Shown in pieces: positions 1 to 10,284 of a stretch of 64,000 nucleotides of DNA. Positions within the stretch are counted from its first letter, which is position 1; each line of letters opens with the position of its first letter. Origin of the DNA: a virus; the UHGV virus genome UHGV-1376088. One strand, 5' to 3'. The position numbers and the translations under genes were made by a program. Under the pieces are notes generated by a model. The model was given only the letters and a program-made list of their open reading frames with translations. It did no database searches and was not told the origin of the DNA.

Positions 1-1966
1 CATTTGGCGTTATCGACAATGCAGGGATTATTTGAGGTTCACCAGATTCTTGTAGTTCACTGGTTAACTCTTTCATCCTTGGATTAATTAGGTCCGGCTT
101 GATTGCGTCCCCAAATGCCATTTGAAGTCCGCGACCTATCCAACCGCCCATAGATACATCCATCCCCCATACAGGGTAAGGCATATCACCTTGATGCATC
201 TCTTCAAGTCTATATGGATTTCTTAGGTAATCAAAAGGACTAAGAAACGGATTTAGATCCTCTTTTGTATCTTGGTCTCCATAAAGGATTTTATCCTTAT
301 TGCCGGCCATTAATCTTTGATACCAGTTCTTAGTGAAGTATTTTATTCCTTCACCTTCTATTGGTGTAGATGATGAGAACCATCCCCTGTTTTTACGAAT
401 AGAGACATCTTTGCCGTAGATATACTCTTCTCTAATCTCGTCGCTGCTTTCGCCTATCAGTGCACCAGGAAGAAATGGCAATGCTAGTAAGGCACCTATT
501 GCAGCACCTCTTGTTGCAAATCTTCTGGCCCTTGTACCAACTGCTAATGCGTCTTGAACTGGTGTATTTACAGCAAGTGTTGCTATATTGCGGCCGAATA
601 TAAAGCTTTCTCTTGCGGCCTCTCTTGTAGATTTAATATAACCATCATTGGCAATAGCTGCAGGAAGTGCACGTCTACCGTAAGCAAACGTACCTCCAGC
701 CATAGCGCCAGCTAAAGGGAAGCCAGCTAGTTTTAATAATGAAGTAGATCCAGGGGCTACGTATTCTTGTTCTTGCCTGTATTCTTCGAATCTGTCAGAT
801 ATAGTCTCTGCATATAGTAATTTTGCACCAAGGAATGTTGTTGCTAACCCTTCAGTTATACCCTGGCCAAATCCAGATCCATCTGTGCCTATCACTTTTG
901 AAGCATTGTCTAACGCATAAAATCCTGCTGCAAGAGCAGCCAATTTAGTTATACCATGCTTGGCATATCCTGTTGTTAATTCTTTTATTGTCGATTCGGA
1001 TGTTGCATTAGGATTGATTCGGCCATATTTGCCGATCATTTTAAATAATGTTGAGTCTTTATTTATTAATGTTCCGCCGGTTTCCTCTAGGAATCCAAGA
1101 GGTTCATTAACCATATTGAAGCCTTGGGCAACCGCCTGCCCTACAACAGACTTCATCCATTCCTTACCTATGCTAGCATTTTTATCTGCTGCTATGATTG
1201 TAAATGGATTATGTGCTGGAACATTTTTTGAAAGGTCTCCAACTTCTTTCTTTGCAAAGAATGAGGCACCTTCGCCGACAGCTATATGTCTACGCAGTAT
1301 TTTATTGTAATTAGATGTAACAGAGTGACCTGGCTCAGTTCCGGCAAATTCAGTTAATGTAAGTCTTGTGTTCTCAATAACCACATTGCCCGATGAGTCT
1401 AATAGCTTACCTTTTGAGTATTTAAGACCAGACTCAAAATCTGCATCTGTTAATTCACGCTCACCATACTTTGACGATAAAAATTTGAAATATCTTTTCT
1501 GGGCTTTCAGTAAATCTGATGAAAATTCAAATTCAGATTCTGCTGTTGCGAATGGCGTTAGGATATGTGAAGTGTTAAATGTTCTTAAAATAGAAAAAGG
1601 GGAAAGCTCCTCGAACGCCCTTGCCACGTTCATAGACAAGTTTGCTAAGGTAACTTTCCCCCCGCCGAATACGCTAAGAGCATCCTGCTTTGTTCCTCTA
1701 ATAGAGTCAGCAAGATAGCTAAGATTAACATAGCGTTCTGCTTTTCGTTGCACTTCTTTATTCTTTAATGCCTTATTCGCCAATACAATAGCTTCAAGTG
1801 TCAGTCCGTATTTCATGACCGAACCGATTATATCTTTGGCATCTTGCTCAGATTTATTTTCCTCAATTGTCTGAGCATCCATTAATATTCTACGATGAGC
1901 TAGACTTCCATCTCTTCTGTCTCTATAATCGTCTAGAGCAGACCATCCTATATTGGCTGTTATCAT
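1..1966 (-). CDS. partial CDS running off the left window edge (at least 655 codons); candidate tail tape-measure protein
   Basis: Hand translation of the reverse strand from the ATG at 1964-1966 (ATGA overlap with the stop of the 176-aa gene) gives an uninterrupted frame to position 1. Ala/Gly-rich hydrophobic segments (AGFPLAGAMAGGTFAYGRRALPAAIA, GAAIGALLALPFLPGALIG). Sits after sheath, tube and small genes as in P2-like tail modules. Not in the ORF track, presumably because it has no in-window stop. Confidence 0.5.
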   Translation of the reverse strand, partial: MITANIGWSALDDYRDRRDGSLAHRRILMDAQTIEENKSEQDAKDIIGSVMKYGLTLEAIVLANKALKNKEVQRKAERYVNLSYLADSIRGTKQDALSVFGGGKVTLANLSMNVARAFEELSPFSILRTFNTSHILTPFATAESEFEFSSDLLKAQKRYFKFLSSKYGERELTDADFESGLKYSKGKLLDSSGNVVIENTRLTLTEFAGTEPGHSVTSNYNKILRRHIAVGEGASFFAKKEVGDLSKNVPAHNPFTIIAADKNASIGKEWMKSVVGQAVAQGFNMVNEPLGFLEETGGTLINKDSTLFKMIGKYGRINPNATSESTIKELTTGYAKHGITKLAALAAGFYALDNASKVIGTDGSGFGQGITEGLATTFLGAKLLYAETISDRFEEYRQEQEYVAPGSTSLLKLAGFPLAGAMAGGTFAYGRRALPAAIANDGYIKSTREAARESFIFGRNIATLAVNTPVQDALAVGTRARRFATRGAAIGALLALPFLPGALIGESSDEIREEYIYGKDVSIRKNRGWFSSSTPIEGEGIKYFTKNWYQRLMAGNKDKILYGDQDTKEDLNPFLSPFDYLRNPYRLEEMHQGDMPYPVWGMDVSMGGWIGRGLQMAFGDAIKPDLINPRMKELTSELQESGEPQIIPALSITPN

Positions 1967-2493
1967 ACCGGAGGTCCTTCCCTTTCTTCTTCCTGTTTTA
2001 CAATAGGTGCCACTTCATTAGGGAATGCGACATGGCAGGCTGCATACATTTCAAATAGGTCGTTGATTGGAATATTTTTTACTTCTGTGTATTTTATTCC
2101 AAGAAACCTAGATATAACTGCAGCCATAGCCTCTACCATAGGAACAGACTCTACAGCCCTATCGTATGCCTTAAAGGGATCGTCGACGTATTCTTTTGAT
2201 TTTATAAATATAATTTTACCAACGGTAGATACAAATCCCGCTGAAGAACTATTGTAGTCGACCCCTTTTGGAATACCTGGCACATCTATAACGCAAGATT
2301 TAAATATCTCTTCGTATAGCTCATCTTCGTTTGCGCTATCCTCTATGTTGATACGCATAGCTCTATCTAGCTCAGTCATAGACATTAGTCTAGCCAAGAC
2401 AGATAGATTTTTAAACATTCGCCCCTCGATTTGAATAGGGGTGTTATTAAAGGGGATAACAATTGTCCCCGTCTTCAAATCCAATGCACTCAT
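1963..2493 (-). CDS. 176-aa hypothetical protein (tail-assembly region)
   Basis: ORF track; start codon overlaps the stop of the upstream gene (TAATG coupling) and its stop overlaps the tape-measure start (ATGA); located between tube genes and the tape-measure candidate. Confidence 0.55.
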   Translation of the reverse strand: MSALDLKTGTIVIPFNNTPIQIEGRMFKNLSVLARLMSMTELDRAMRINIEDSANEDELYEEIFKSCVIDVPGIPKGVDYNSSSAGFVSTVGKIIFIKSKEYVDDPFKAYDRAVESVPMVEAMAAVISRFLGIKYTEVKNIPINDLFEMYAACHVAFPNEVAPIVKQEEEREGPPV

Positions 2494-2978
2494 TATAGAA
2501 TCTTAATTTGTGAATATGCTTGTTGTAATGGAACAAATCCTGAGCGGTACATAATTTGCTCTTTTAGTGTAGAGATAAATCCTGCTGGAGCAGTAGTCAA
2601 AAATTCCTGCTTCGCTTCAGGATACAATAGGCAGCGGCGTACTACCGAGTCTTCTGCTCTAACCTCATTGTCCATCATTCCCTGTTTAATCATGTTGGAA
2701 TACTCTTGGCGTCTTAATACACGCCAAATGAATATATCCTTGCCACCCAATACTGATGATACATGAATCGTGCCGTACTTCTCTAGCCATGCTTCAATAT
2801 CATAGAGTTTAGGCGCATCCTCTTTATCTGAAAGAGCGTTAAGAAGAATATCGATATCAGTCTGTTCTTTTTGTTCTTCTTCGATATTTTCTTTGGCTTG
2901 CTCTAACTGCTCATGTTCATCTGGAGATAGATCATCTGGATTTAACGATTCTAGTCCTTCAATTTTTTCAACTCTCAT
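2493..2978 (-). CDS. 161-aa hypothetical protein with acidic N-terminus (possible tail assembly chaperone)
   Basis: ORF track; translational coupling with neighbours; acidic helical N-terminus; position between tube and tape-measure. Confidence 0.5.
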   Translation of the reverse strand: MRVEKIEGLESLNPDDLSPDEHEQLEQAKENIEEEQKEQTDIDILLNALSDKEDAPKLYDIEAWLEKYGTIHVSSVLGGKDIFIWRVLRRQEYSNMIKQGMMDNEVRAEDSVVRRCLLYPEAKQEFLTTAPAGFISTLKEQIMYRSGFVPLQQAYSQIKIL

Positions 2979-3925
2979 TCTGGAATTACCTCTTTAGCAA
3001 TAAATTTATATCCGTCAATTAACTGGCCATCTGAGCCGATATCTACTGAATGTTCATACCCAACTATTCTACATTCTACAATAGATATTCGTTGTTGAAC
3101 ACCCTCTGTAACAGCATCAGAATTATTATAAACCATATGAATAGTAAAGCTACCAAGGTCCGCCCAGTCTAATACAGACTTAGCCGATACCTGCTCGTTT
3201 TGATATTCTTTCAATTGCTTTCTATATTTGGCTAGCTCTTCGGATGTTAATTGGATTTGCTCATATGGGCTTAGGATTTTAAACTCATTGGTTCTGCCGC
3301 GATAATGCGCAATAACTCTAGCCAGATAATCTTTTTCTGCCTTATTGATTCTAATAATACCGTTTGTTAAGACATTGCCTCTGGCTAAAAAATCGTATCT
3401 ACTATTACCAATAGTGTAAATTGGTGTACTTGTTAGAGTCTCATTTACAGCGATTCCGGCCGCTCTGTCTATTAGAATATCGCCAATGTATATATTGAAA
3501 TCACTAGAAGAGAAATACTTTGTATACAGCCCATCGTATGATGCAGTTTGTACTTTCTTATGAGCCAATGCTCTTTCTGCGTCTGTTTCTCCCGGATTAG
3601 GATTATATGGCCTAGCCCTACCCTTTGAAGAGATAGCCGACATATTATCAACGGGGTCAACTTTGCTTGAACTCTTTGGGACGCCTTTTGGTTTAAAGTC
3701 CGTAGAATTACTTCTAGAGTCTTTAATTTGCGGATACATCTTTTCAATAACTGTTTTATCCACAGTGATCGATTTGCCCGGCGCAAGTCTTTTGGCAAGA
3801 GAATATTCTAGACCTATATTATATTCTCTAGACTGATTCTCTACGACATTACCGTCTACAGATACGACAATACCATTATCGGTATTCTCTATATTATATT
3901 TTGATTTAGCCATTATTTCTTCCAA
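2975..3925 (-). CDS. 316-aa hypothetical tail-module protein
   Basis: ORF track; 4-nt overlap coupling with flanking genes in the tail operon. Confidence 0.55.
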   Translation of the reverse strand: MEEIMAKSKYNIENTDNGIVVSVDGNVVENQSREYNIGLEYSLAKRLAPGKSITVDKTVIEKMYPQIKDSRSNSTDFKPKGVPKSSSKVDPVDNMSAISSKGRARPYNPNPGETDAERALAHKKVQTASYDGLYTKYFSSSDFNIYIGDILIDRAAGIAVNETLTSTPIYTIGNSRYDFLARGNVLTNGIIRINKAEKDYLARVIAHYRGRTNEFKILSPYEQIQLTSEELAKYRKQLKEYQNEQVSAKSVLDWADLGSFTIHMVYNNSDAVTEGVQQRISIVECRIVGYEHSVDIGSDGQLIDGYKFIAKEVIPE

Positions 3926-5313
3926 GTTTTTCTATGTGCCGCCGGGTCGACAATATTATCGCCTCCCCATAGCCCGCGCTTATTAGCCTTAGCATCATGA
4001 TATTTCTTCTTAATCCTATTAATATCTTCAGCTGACATGCCGGCTTGTCTTGCACCCTCTGGCTTAAACCACGCCAATCCTGCCTCTACTATTGCTTCAA
4101 CATATCTTGGATTGAAGAATAATTTACGACCGTAAACATCTGTACCTGTAATCTTTGTTACACCGTCATCAATGTCCTTATCCCATTTTCCATCGGCTAT
4201 ATATTTTTCGAGAAAGGCTTTTGCTTCATATCCATACTCTTGACCTTTATCTATATGGTCCCCTTTATCATGGTCAGTTTCCGGAGTATCAATGCCCATA
4301 AAACGCAAGTGAGTGTTGCCGTCTTCCTGCACTTGCTTAAACTTTGAGCCATCTATATTTCTGACATGCACATACACGGTATCGCCGTCATCCACAAAGA
4401 AGCCTGGAGCTGTTGATTTAAACGTCGCCTTATCGATATATTTATTATCATATTCAGAAGGCTTAGAACCGGATGTGCTGTCTGGGGCATCTGTTGCTCC
4501 CTGCTTACGATACTCTTCTCTTGCTGCATCTATATAGCTTTGAGGAACATTTGCTTCAGTTCCATTTCCTGCAAGCTGAGAGTAGGCATTGATTCGGTTA
4601 ATTTCATCTTGAGACCATGTGCCTTTTTTAACTGCATCGTTTACAGACTGATTCCATCTGTCGTAGTAATATGATGTGTCGCTATTATTATAATTTACAG
4701 CATCTCCTGATAATTGAGAGGCCTTTACACCATTGTATTTAGATTCGCCATATACAACGCTGCCAATTTTATTTCGCGTTTGTCTAGCATCTCTAGCAAC
4801 AAATGAAAGGGTATTTTCTGTGATAAGATCGTGGATTGAGTGAACTTGTCCAGAATTGATTAAGGTTGCCCCATAGATAACCTCTGAAACGGAGAACCCT
4901 CCATATTCTGAACTAAGAAGAATGATGATATCAAATGGCAAAATATCATCCGCCATTAGGTGATGATATGCCTTTTGTTTTTCGAGCTTTAATTGATAGA
5001 TAGAATCGACCGGTTCTTTAATTCCAATGCCGTCTGCGATGTCTTGCATGAATTGTCGAAGGTCGTCGTGTAGAAAGGATGTCTTAACGATAGATCCGGC
5101 TACATATCTTTTGCCTATGGCGAATCCGTCGATATTTGTATTGCCCAAGTTATAGACCGGGACTTTGTCTCTGAATATTTGATAAGACAGCGAAAGAAGA
5201 CTGCCCATGTAAAGATAGCCGTATCCAGGGAAGTTAAAAATAATGTGGGTGGCATCGCCACCCACAGAATGATATTCTTCCTTGTGTAATGGCTGATTTT
5301 TGTAATCTTGCAT
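3913..5313 (-). CDS. tail tube paralog fused to a C-terminal staphylococcal-nuclease (SNase/thermonuclease)-like domain
   Basis: The N-terminal ~200 aa align with the adjacent 234-aa tube protein (shared ILPFDI(I/V)L..S.E(Y/F)GG and ISY/SYQ blocks). The C-terminal ~160 aa carry the SNase hallmark LRFMGIDTPE...GQEYGYEAKAFL. Confidence 0.7.
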   Translation of the reverse strand: MQDYKNQPLHKEEYHSVGGDATHIIFNFPGYGYLYMGSLLSLSYQIFRDKVPVYNLGNTNIDGFAIGKRYVAGSIVKTSFLHDDLRQFMQDIADGIGIKEPVDSIYQLKLEKQKAYHHLMADDILPFDIIILLSSEYGGFSVSEVIYGATLINSGQVHSIHDLITENTLSFVARDARQTRNKIGSVVYGESKYNGVKASQLSGDAVNYNNSDTSYYYDRWNQSVNDAVKKGTWSQDEINRINAYSQLAGNGTEANVPQSYIDAAREEYRKQGATDAPDSTSGSKPSEYDNKYIDKATFKSTAPGFFVDDGDTVYVHVRNIDGSKFKQVQEDGNTHLRFMGIDTPETDHDKGDHIDKGQEYGYEAKAFLEKYIADGKWDKDIDDGVTKITGTDVYGRKLFFNPRYVEAIVEAGLAWFKPEGARQAGMSAEDINRIKKKYHDAKANKRGLWGGDNIVDPAAHRKTWKK

Positions 5314-5343
5314 ATTACACCTATAGGAGAATAAGTTTAAGTA

Positions 5344-6048
5344 TTAACGAGAGTTAAAGGTATCCATCGGCTCCCATGGAGATACAGAGCGGGCAATAAA
5401 TGAATATTGTTTCTCAGTAGTCAAGTCGTCGATAGAAATACCACCAGACTCGGATACAAACTCTACGCCGTAGATGGTCATCTTAGTAGAGCTACCAAAT
5501 TCGTTAGTAGAAGCCAATACGATATCGAATGGGAGAATTTGGTCAGCCAGACGAGCTTTTGTCAGATCGCGCAGACCTGAACGAATACCTTGAGAGGTAT
5601 TTAAGTCTAGTTTACCATATTCTGGATTCAATGTACCACCGCCACGGATGCCGTTGTTAGCTTTAGGATCGGTAGAACCATAAATAGCATTACGAGCAGC
5701 TTCTGGGATAGCATCTTGATATTGGCCATTGTTAATGTGTTTATACGTACCGCCACGACGATAGTTTGCGGTTTCATGTTTACCAAGCCACACGTCTGAA
5801 CGACCCATTTCGTCCATGATGTCAAACAGCGCTTCACGGTCAAATACTGTAAATACGCAAGAACCCATACATGTACGTTTACCACGCGCGATTGCACGAG
5901 CGTCTGGAGAGCCCATAGTGTGAATAGGCACTTTCTCACGGTCAAGACGATAAGAGATCATCTGCATGGTGCCGATTGGTTTACCAGCTAATACTGGTGT
6001 AATATCTACACCTGAAGTGGTGGCATTATATGTAACAAAATCTGACAT
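5344..6048 (-). CDS. tail tube protein
   Basis: 234 aa, immediately downstream of the sheath gene in transcription order; paralog of the N-domain of the next gene; size and position typical of a myovirus tube. Confidence 0.7.
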   Translation of the reverse strand: MSDFVTYNATTSGVDITPVLAGKPIGTMQMISYRLDREKVPIHTMGSPDARAIARGKRTCMGSCVFTVFDREALFDIMDEMGRSDVWLGKHETANYRRGGTYKHINNGQYQDAIPEAARNAIYGSTDPKANNGIRGGGTLNPEYGKLDLNTSQGIRSGLRDLTKARLADQILPFDIVLASTNEFGSSTKMTIYGVEFVSESGGISIDDLTTEKQYSFIARSVSPWEPMDTFNSR

Positions 6049-6067
6049 AATATTCCTGATTTAATTT

Positions 6068-6087
6068 GGAGGGGATTAAACCCCTCC
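6068..6087 (-). other. GC-rich stem-loop between the sheath stop and the tube start (possible attenuator/processing hairpin)
   Basis: Perfect GGAGGGG-ATTAAA-CCCCTCC hairpin in the 45-nt sheath-tube spacer. On the transcribed (minus) strand it is followed by an A-rich tract, not a U-tract. Confidence 0.4.
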
Positions 6088-6093
6088 TTTATC

Positions 6094-8349
6094 TTAGATT
6101 TCTAGGGCCAGTTTAACGGCTACGTTAATCTCACGCAGTTCAAATGCAGGAACGATAGTCAGAGCTACGTCCAGACTTGCACGTCCATTAACGATAGGAC
6201 GTTGATTCACTACATGCAGATATTTGACAATATGTCCTTGCTCTACCAGACGTTGCAATGCGCCTTCGATCGCTACGTCTACAGCGGCTAAGGTTGCCTC
6301 TGTTAGACCACGACCGATGAACGGTTGAACAACGTCACGAACAGCGTTAGAAGCCTCAGCAACAGCCATAGTAGTTGAGAGCAGACGGTAGTCTGAATCA
6401 GCAGTAGTAGCCAGTTCGCCTGAAACTACACGAACACTATTGTTAGTGGTTTTGAAGAATACGTAACCAGCACCAGTCAATTGGTCCAGTTTCAATTTTT
6501 TGATTTCGCCAGGCAATGAGATGCGAGGGATCAACATATTGGTAGTAGATACGCTAGCATCGATAGTAGTAATCAGACCGGCATAAACTGCTGCACCGTT
6601 GGTAACGATAGTGTTAGAACCAGCAGAAGAATAAGAAGGAGTTACGATTACTTGAGGAACTACAGACAGGAATTTACCAATATTAATTGGAGCACCGTTA
6701 GAGTCGGTAACAATAGCGCCATCTACGAATCCAGAAATGGTTTTGTAGAATCCGCGGCGAGTGTCTGCACGTTCAACCATATTGCGAAGACCTAGCAATC
6801 CAGTACCGTTAGATACGATGTTGCCCAGTGCGTCATATGTTGCAGGAGAACCGATCCAGCGGTTAACCTCATACTGAGACAGTGAACGTGGCATTGTAGC
6901 GCCGATGGTAACCAAGCAGAACTGTTCGTTTTCAGAAATAGTGTTTGCGAAGTTTGCTAACAGGTGAGCAAAGTTTGCTTCGTGATAACGTCTGTATACG
7001 ATAGGTTGACCGTTACCGTTAATATCGGCTTCAGCTGGATTAGCAGTAGTGGCAGTACCACGGTTTTTACGGTACAGAACTTTCTCAGTTGACCATTCGT
7101 ATTTCAATTCACCGTTATCTTCTGATACATAAACGTAGTCAAGACGGTCAAGATCGTTAGAGCCGTCAGCAATGTTCGGAGCATCAATTACAGCGTAGTC
7201 TGTAACAACAGAGATAGCATTAACTGATTCCAATTCTGCCAGAGCGGTATGAAGCAGTTCGTAGTAGTTTTTCCAAGTGGTATTGATATTGTCTTCGCCC
7301 TCTTCGTATTCGCCAGTAACAGCTTCACGTTTAGGGTCTACGGTGTACTCTACGATAATTGAGCTTTGTTCGCCAGGGGCTTCGGTAAGTTTCAACGCTT
7401 TAGCATCTGAACCGGCGCTGTCATTTTGAACGTTTGAATCCTCAGTTTTATCTTGGCCGGCAACTTTCACAACATCAAGAGTTACTTCGTAATCTTTTTT
7501 AGTGCCAGGAAGAACAAACTCGTCTTTATTACCTTTACCAATGAAGACTGCAGAACCTGCAACTTTACCGCTGGACTTGAATGTATACAGAACTTGAATT
7601 TCTTTGGCTTGTTCTGGAGCGGTAGTAAATTCTACATATTGAGAAGATGTGGCTTTATCCACTTTTACAGAGAAGTCTGTTCCAGAGTTTTTAGCTTCGC
7701 CATCAACGGTAAGTGTCTTAACGGTTACTTCGTCAGTTTTGGTAACGCCAGGCAGACTGAATTTGGTAGTAGTACCATTACCGATAAATTTAGCAGTGCG
7801 GCTGTACTCTTTCAGGATAACTTCAGAGAATGGAATTGGTTCAGTTGGTGTACCAATTTTTACTTTGGTATCAGGGTCGAATCCAAATACTTCTACTTGG
7901 TTACGGTTGATTTCAGAACCAGGTACGTTAGAGTAGACGATTTCGTTGCCTTTGAAGACAATCAGACATGCCTTACCGTCGTTGTTTGGACGAGGACCAA
8001 CGTATACTTTAAGATTGTCTACTGCTGATACTGATGCCTCTACTGCGGCAAGATAGCTATCTTTGCCGAAGATATTTTTCAGTTTAGCCTGCTTACCACC
8101 AATGCGGTACAGGGATACACGGCGAGCTCCGCCAATGAGAGCTTCTGACATCTTACGGATTAATGGAGAGTCTTGACCAAATACAGCAGCTGCACGGTTG
8201 GTGTCAGTCACTGGGTATAGAGCATTAGTCAGACCTTTTTCTGCGCGACCGATAATAAGTACGCGAGGAGAGCTATCAGTTTGGTCGATACGAAGGTTAC
8301 CATCCAGAAGCTCTAGGTTTACACCTGGTAAGTGTTGATATGTGGCCAT
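6094..8349 (-). CDS. tail sheath protein
   Basis: 751 aa; strongly E. coli-optimal codon usage (CTG, CGT, GGT, AAA); internal Ig-like insertion; directly precedes the tube gene; size and order typical of a contractile sheath. Confidence 0.75.
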   Translation of the reverse strand: MATYQHLPGVNLELLDGNLRIDQTDSSPRVLIIGRAEKGLTNALYPVTDTNRAAAVFGQDSPLIRKMSEALIGGARRVSLYRIGGKQAKLKNIFGKDSYLAAVEASVSAVDNLKVYVGPRPNNDGKACLIVFKGNEIVYSNVPGSEINRNQVEVFGFDPDTKVKIGTPTEPIPFSEVILKEYSRTAKFIGNGTTTKFSLPGVTKTDEVTVKTLTVDGEAKNSGTDFSVKVDKATSSQYVEFTTAPEQAKEIQVLYTFKSSGKVAGSAVFIGKGNKDEFVLPGTKKDYEVTLDVVKVAGQDKTEDSNVQNDSAGSDAKALKLTEAPGEQSSIIVEYTVDPKREAVTGEYEEGEDNINTTWKNYYELLHTALAELESVNAISVVTDYAVIDAPNIADGSNDLDRLDYVYVSEDNGELKYEWSTEKVLYRKNRGTATTANPAEADINGNGQPIVYRRYHEANFAHLLANFANTISENEQFCLVTIGATMPRSLSQYEVNRWIGSPATYDALGNIVSNGTGLLGLRNMVERADTRRGFYKTISGFVDGAIVTDSNGAPINIGKFLSVVPQVIVTPSYSSAGSNTIVTNGAAVYAGLITTIDASVSTTNMLIPRISLPGEIKKLKLDQLTGAGYVFFKTTNNSVRVVSGELATTADSDYRLLSTTMAVAEASNAVRDVVQPFIGRGLTEATLAAVDVAIEGALQRLVEQGHIVKYLHVVNQRPIVNGRASLDVALTIVPAFELREINVAVKLALEI

Positions 8350-8361
8350 TTATTTACCTTA

Positions 8362-9117
8362 TCATTTATCTATCAATTTTGTTATTTTTTCTACTTCCCT
8401 ATTTTTTAGGGAGTTAACGACTTGACTATAGGTTTTAATTGCTACAATCTCGTCCTGTTTGATGAACCCAGGTTCTGCTGTTCCTATGAGATAGGAAAGT
8501 GTAACTCCAAACAGTCTCCGGTTTTTATAATGGTCGGTGTTAATTGTAGGTGACCTACCCTTATAAACCATATATCTAATCGCCCGCTTGAAATGGGGAT
8601 TAAATTTTAAAAATAGATTTTCCAGAGTTGAAGCTAGCCTTCTTGCATCCCTAGCGTTTGTAGACCAGGCAGTGAAACTAACTAGATTGTCATACATCGC
8701 TTCATAGACAACAGCTAGTCTGTCTTGGTTAGTCTTTACCTGACCAAGTAAAACTGGTCTATATTGCTTAGTACCACCTTGTACTACTTTTGAATCAAAA
8801 ATAGCCGGTTCTCTCCGTGAGATTTCCCACGTTACAACATTTTGAACCGGCGTATCGTCTGGCTGGTCAGGGAAAATTTCAGTAAAGTAAAATTTGTTTG
8901 AATCATATGGTCCAAACTCTAACTCATTTTCGATGAGAAGCCCTTCTGATTTGAATAGAGGATATAGCGATTCCATAAAATTGTCAATCGTTAATCCTGC
9001 ACGCTCTTCAAATATCTGCTCTAAAGGTATTGATTCGACTGCTTTTCTATTTGAAACCTGGATAAGTTGCTTTAATGCATATTCGTATGGATCTCTTAGA
9101 TCATATTCTTCTATCAT
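8362..9117 (-). CDS. 251-aa hypothetical tail protein (tail completion/sheath-proximal)
   Basis: ORF track; coupled to the downstream gene (overlap at 9114-9117); position immediately upstream of the sheath. Confidence 0.5.
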   Translation of the reverse strand: MIEEYDLRDPYEYALKQLIQVSNRKAVESIPLEQIFEERAGLTIDNFMESLYPLFKSEGLLIENELEFGPYDSNKFYFTEIFPDQPDDTPVQNVVTWEISRREPAIFDSKVVQGGTKQYRPVLLGQVKTNQDRLAVVYEAMYDNLVSFTAWSTNARDARRLASTLENLFLKFNPHFKRAIRYMVYKGRSPTINTDHYKNRRLFGVTLSYLIGTAEPGFIKQDEIVAIKTYSQVVNSLKNREVEKITKLIDK

Positions 9118-9644
9118 CTTGTTTGAAGTCCTATTGCTGTAAAGTCTTTTCTACCCATATCGAATCCAACTCTTAAGACCTCTGTAATATAATATGACTT
9201 TTCCGGTCTGATAGGAAACTTTATTGACCCTTCGTCATTCATGGCCGGAATATATATTACGTCTTTTTCGAATGCCTCTAGTCTATATGGCAGTATTAAT
9301 ACCCATGCTGAGTCTACTGAACGGCCAATACGCGATGTGCCGTTGTTATATGATGACCCAGTTGTTGGCATTATTGAACGAGTTAGCCACATATGTCCTG
9401 TAACTATCTCTTCGTCCCATAAATATCCGGCGCCTCCGCAGTCTGGACAGTCGCTCATACCCTCTTTGCTAATTTCATTGTAGCAGTGGCACTTTACTTT
9501 TGAACCGTCTTCATTGTGCCTAGATTTACGGTAAATGAATGGACGCATCTTATTTACAAACTCATCACCTGTAAAAAGATCGACCATCTCTTGTCGTAAA
9601 TCAACCTCTGCGATAAAGGGGAATTTGTTCGTTGCCATGTCCAT
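9114..9644 (-). CDS. 176-aa hypothetical tail protein with a Cys-rich motif (CHCY...CPDCGG)
   Basis: ORF track; putative Zn-ribbon-like CxC-x14-CxxC. Confidence 0.5.
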   Translation of the reverse strand: MDMATNKFPFIAEVDLRQEMVDLFTGDEFVNKMRPFIYRKSRHNEDGSKVKCHCYNEISKEGMSDCPDCGGAGYLWDEEIVTGHMWLTRSIMPTTGSSYNNGTSRIGRSVDSAWVLILPYRLEAFEKDVIYIPAMNDEGSIKFPIRPEKSYYITEVLRVGFDMGRKDFTAIGLQTR

Positions 9645-10284
9645 AACCTGTCTTGTAGAATTTTCCGTCCATCTCTAAATACTTGTCGGCAGCAACTGGC
9701 ATTATACTTCTATAGTTTGGATGGTGCCATTCGCGATTTGAAACGCGATTTGAGCAGTTCCATTTGCCTTTAACAAAACCATAAGCAAGTAACGTTGAGG
9801 CGTCATCTATTGCGGATAGAACATCATCTGCACATTCCTTAGATTCATTTGCAAATTTAAGAGCAGAACTTACATCGAATGTCGAATCCCTTTGAACTTC
9901 AAAATCTCCAAGAACCTTTTTAACAGATTGACCCTTAAGAAGTGTCCCATATAGTTTATTTGCAACACTAGATAAGGCTGAGCATATGACAAAGTCCCGC
10001 TTTATCATATACAGCTCTTCTTCTGAGAGATTGATTTTCTTTCTACGGATATAATTATCTATCCAGATTGACTTATTAAATATAATCTCCGAAATGTCTT
10101 TTGAGAATTTTTCTGTAAAAGAAACATTTTCGGCAGGGACATTTAATTCGATGTCTCGTATTGATGCGTAAAACGGACAAAGAGAAATCTCAGATGTAGA
10201 CTCTGCTACATCAACAGAGCCTCCATCTTTAAAATCAACTTTAAATCCGTATATTTTGATACGGTTATTCAATGATTTCCTCAC
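9601..10284 (-). CDS. 227-aa hypothetical structural protein
   Basis: ORF track; overlaps the neighbouring genes' ends. Confidence 0.45.
   Translation of the reverse strand: MRKSLNNRIKIYGFKVDFKDGGSVDVAESTSEISLCPFYASIRDIELNVPAENVSFTEKFSKDISEIIFNKSIWIDNYIRRKKINLSEEELYMIKRDFVICSALSSVANKLYGTLLKGQSVKKVLGDFEVQRDSTFDVSSALKFANESKECADDVLSAIDDASTLLAYGFVKGKWNCSNRVSNREWHHPNYRSIMPVAADKYLEMDGKFYKTGYGHGNEQIPLYRRG

Noticed and set aside
7453-8028. 191-aa and 95-aa + strand ORFs inside the sheath gene; 27042-27581, 47374-47907, 53382-54188 and similar antisense or alternate-frame ORFs
   Set aside because: They are embedded in well-supported genes on the opposite strand and have no independent translation signals.
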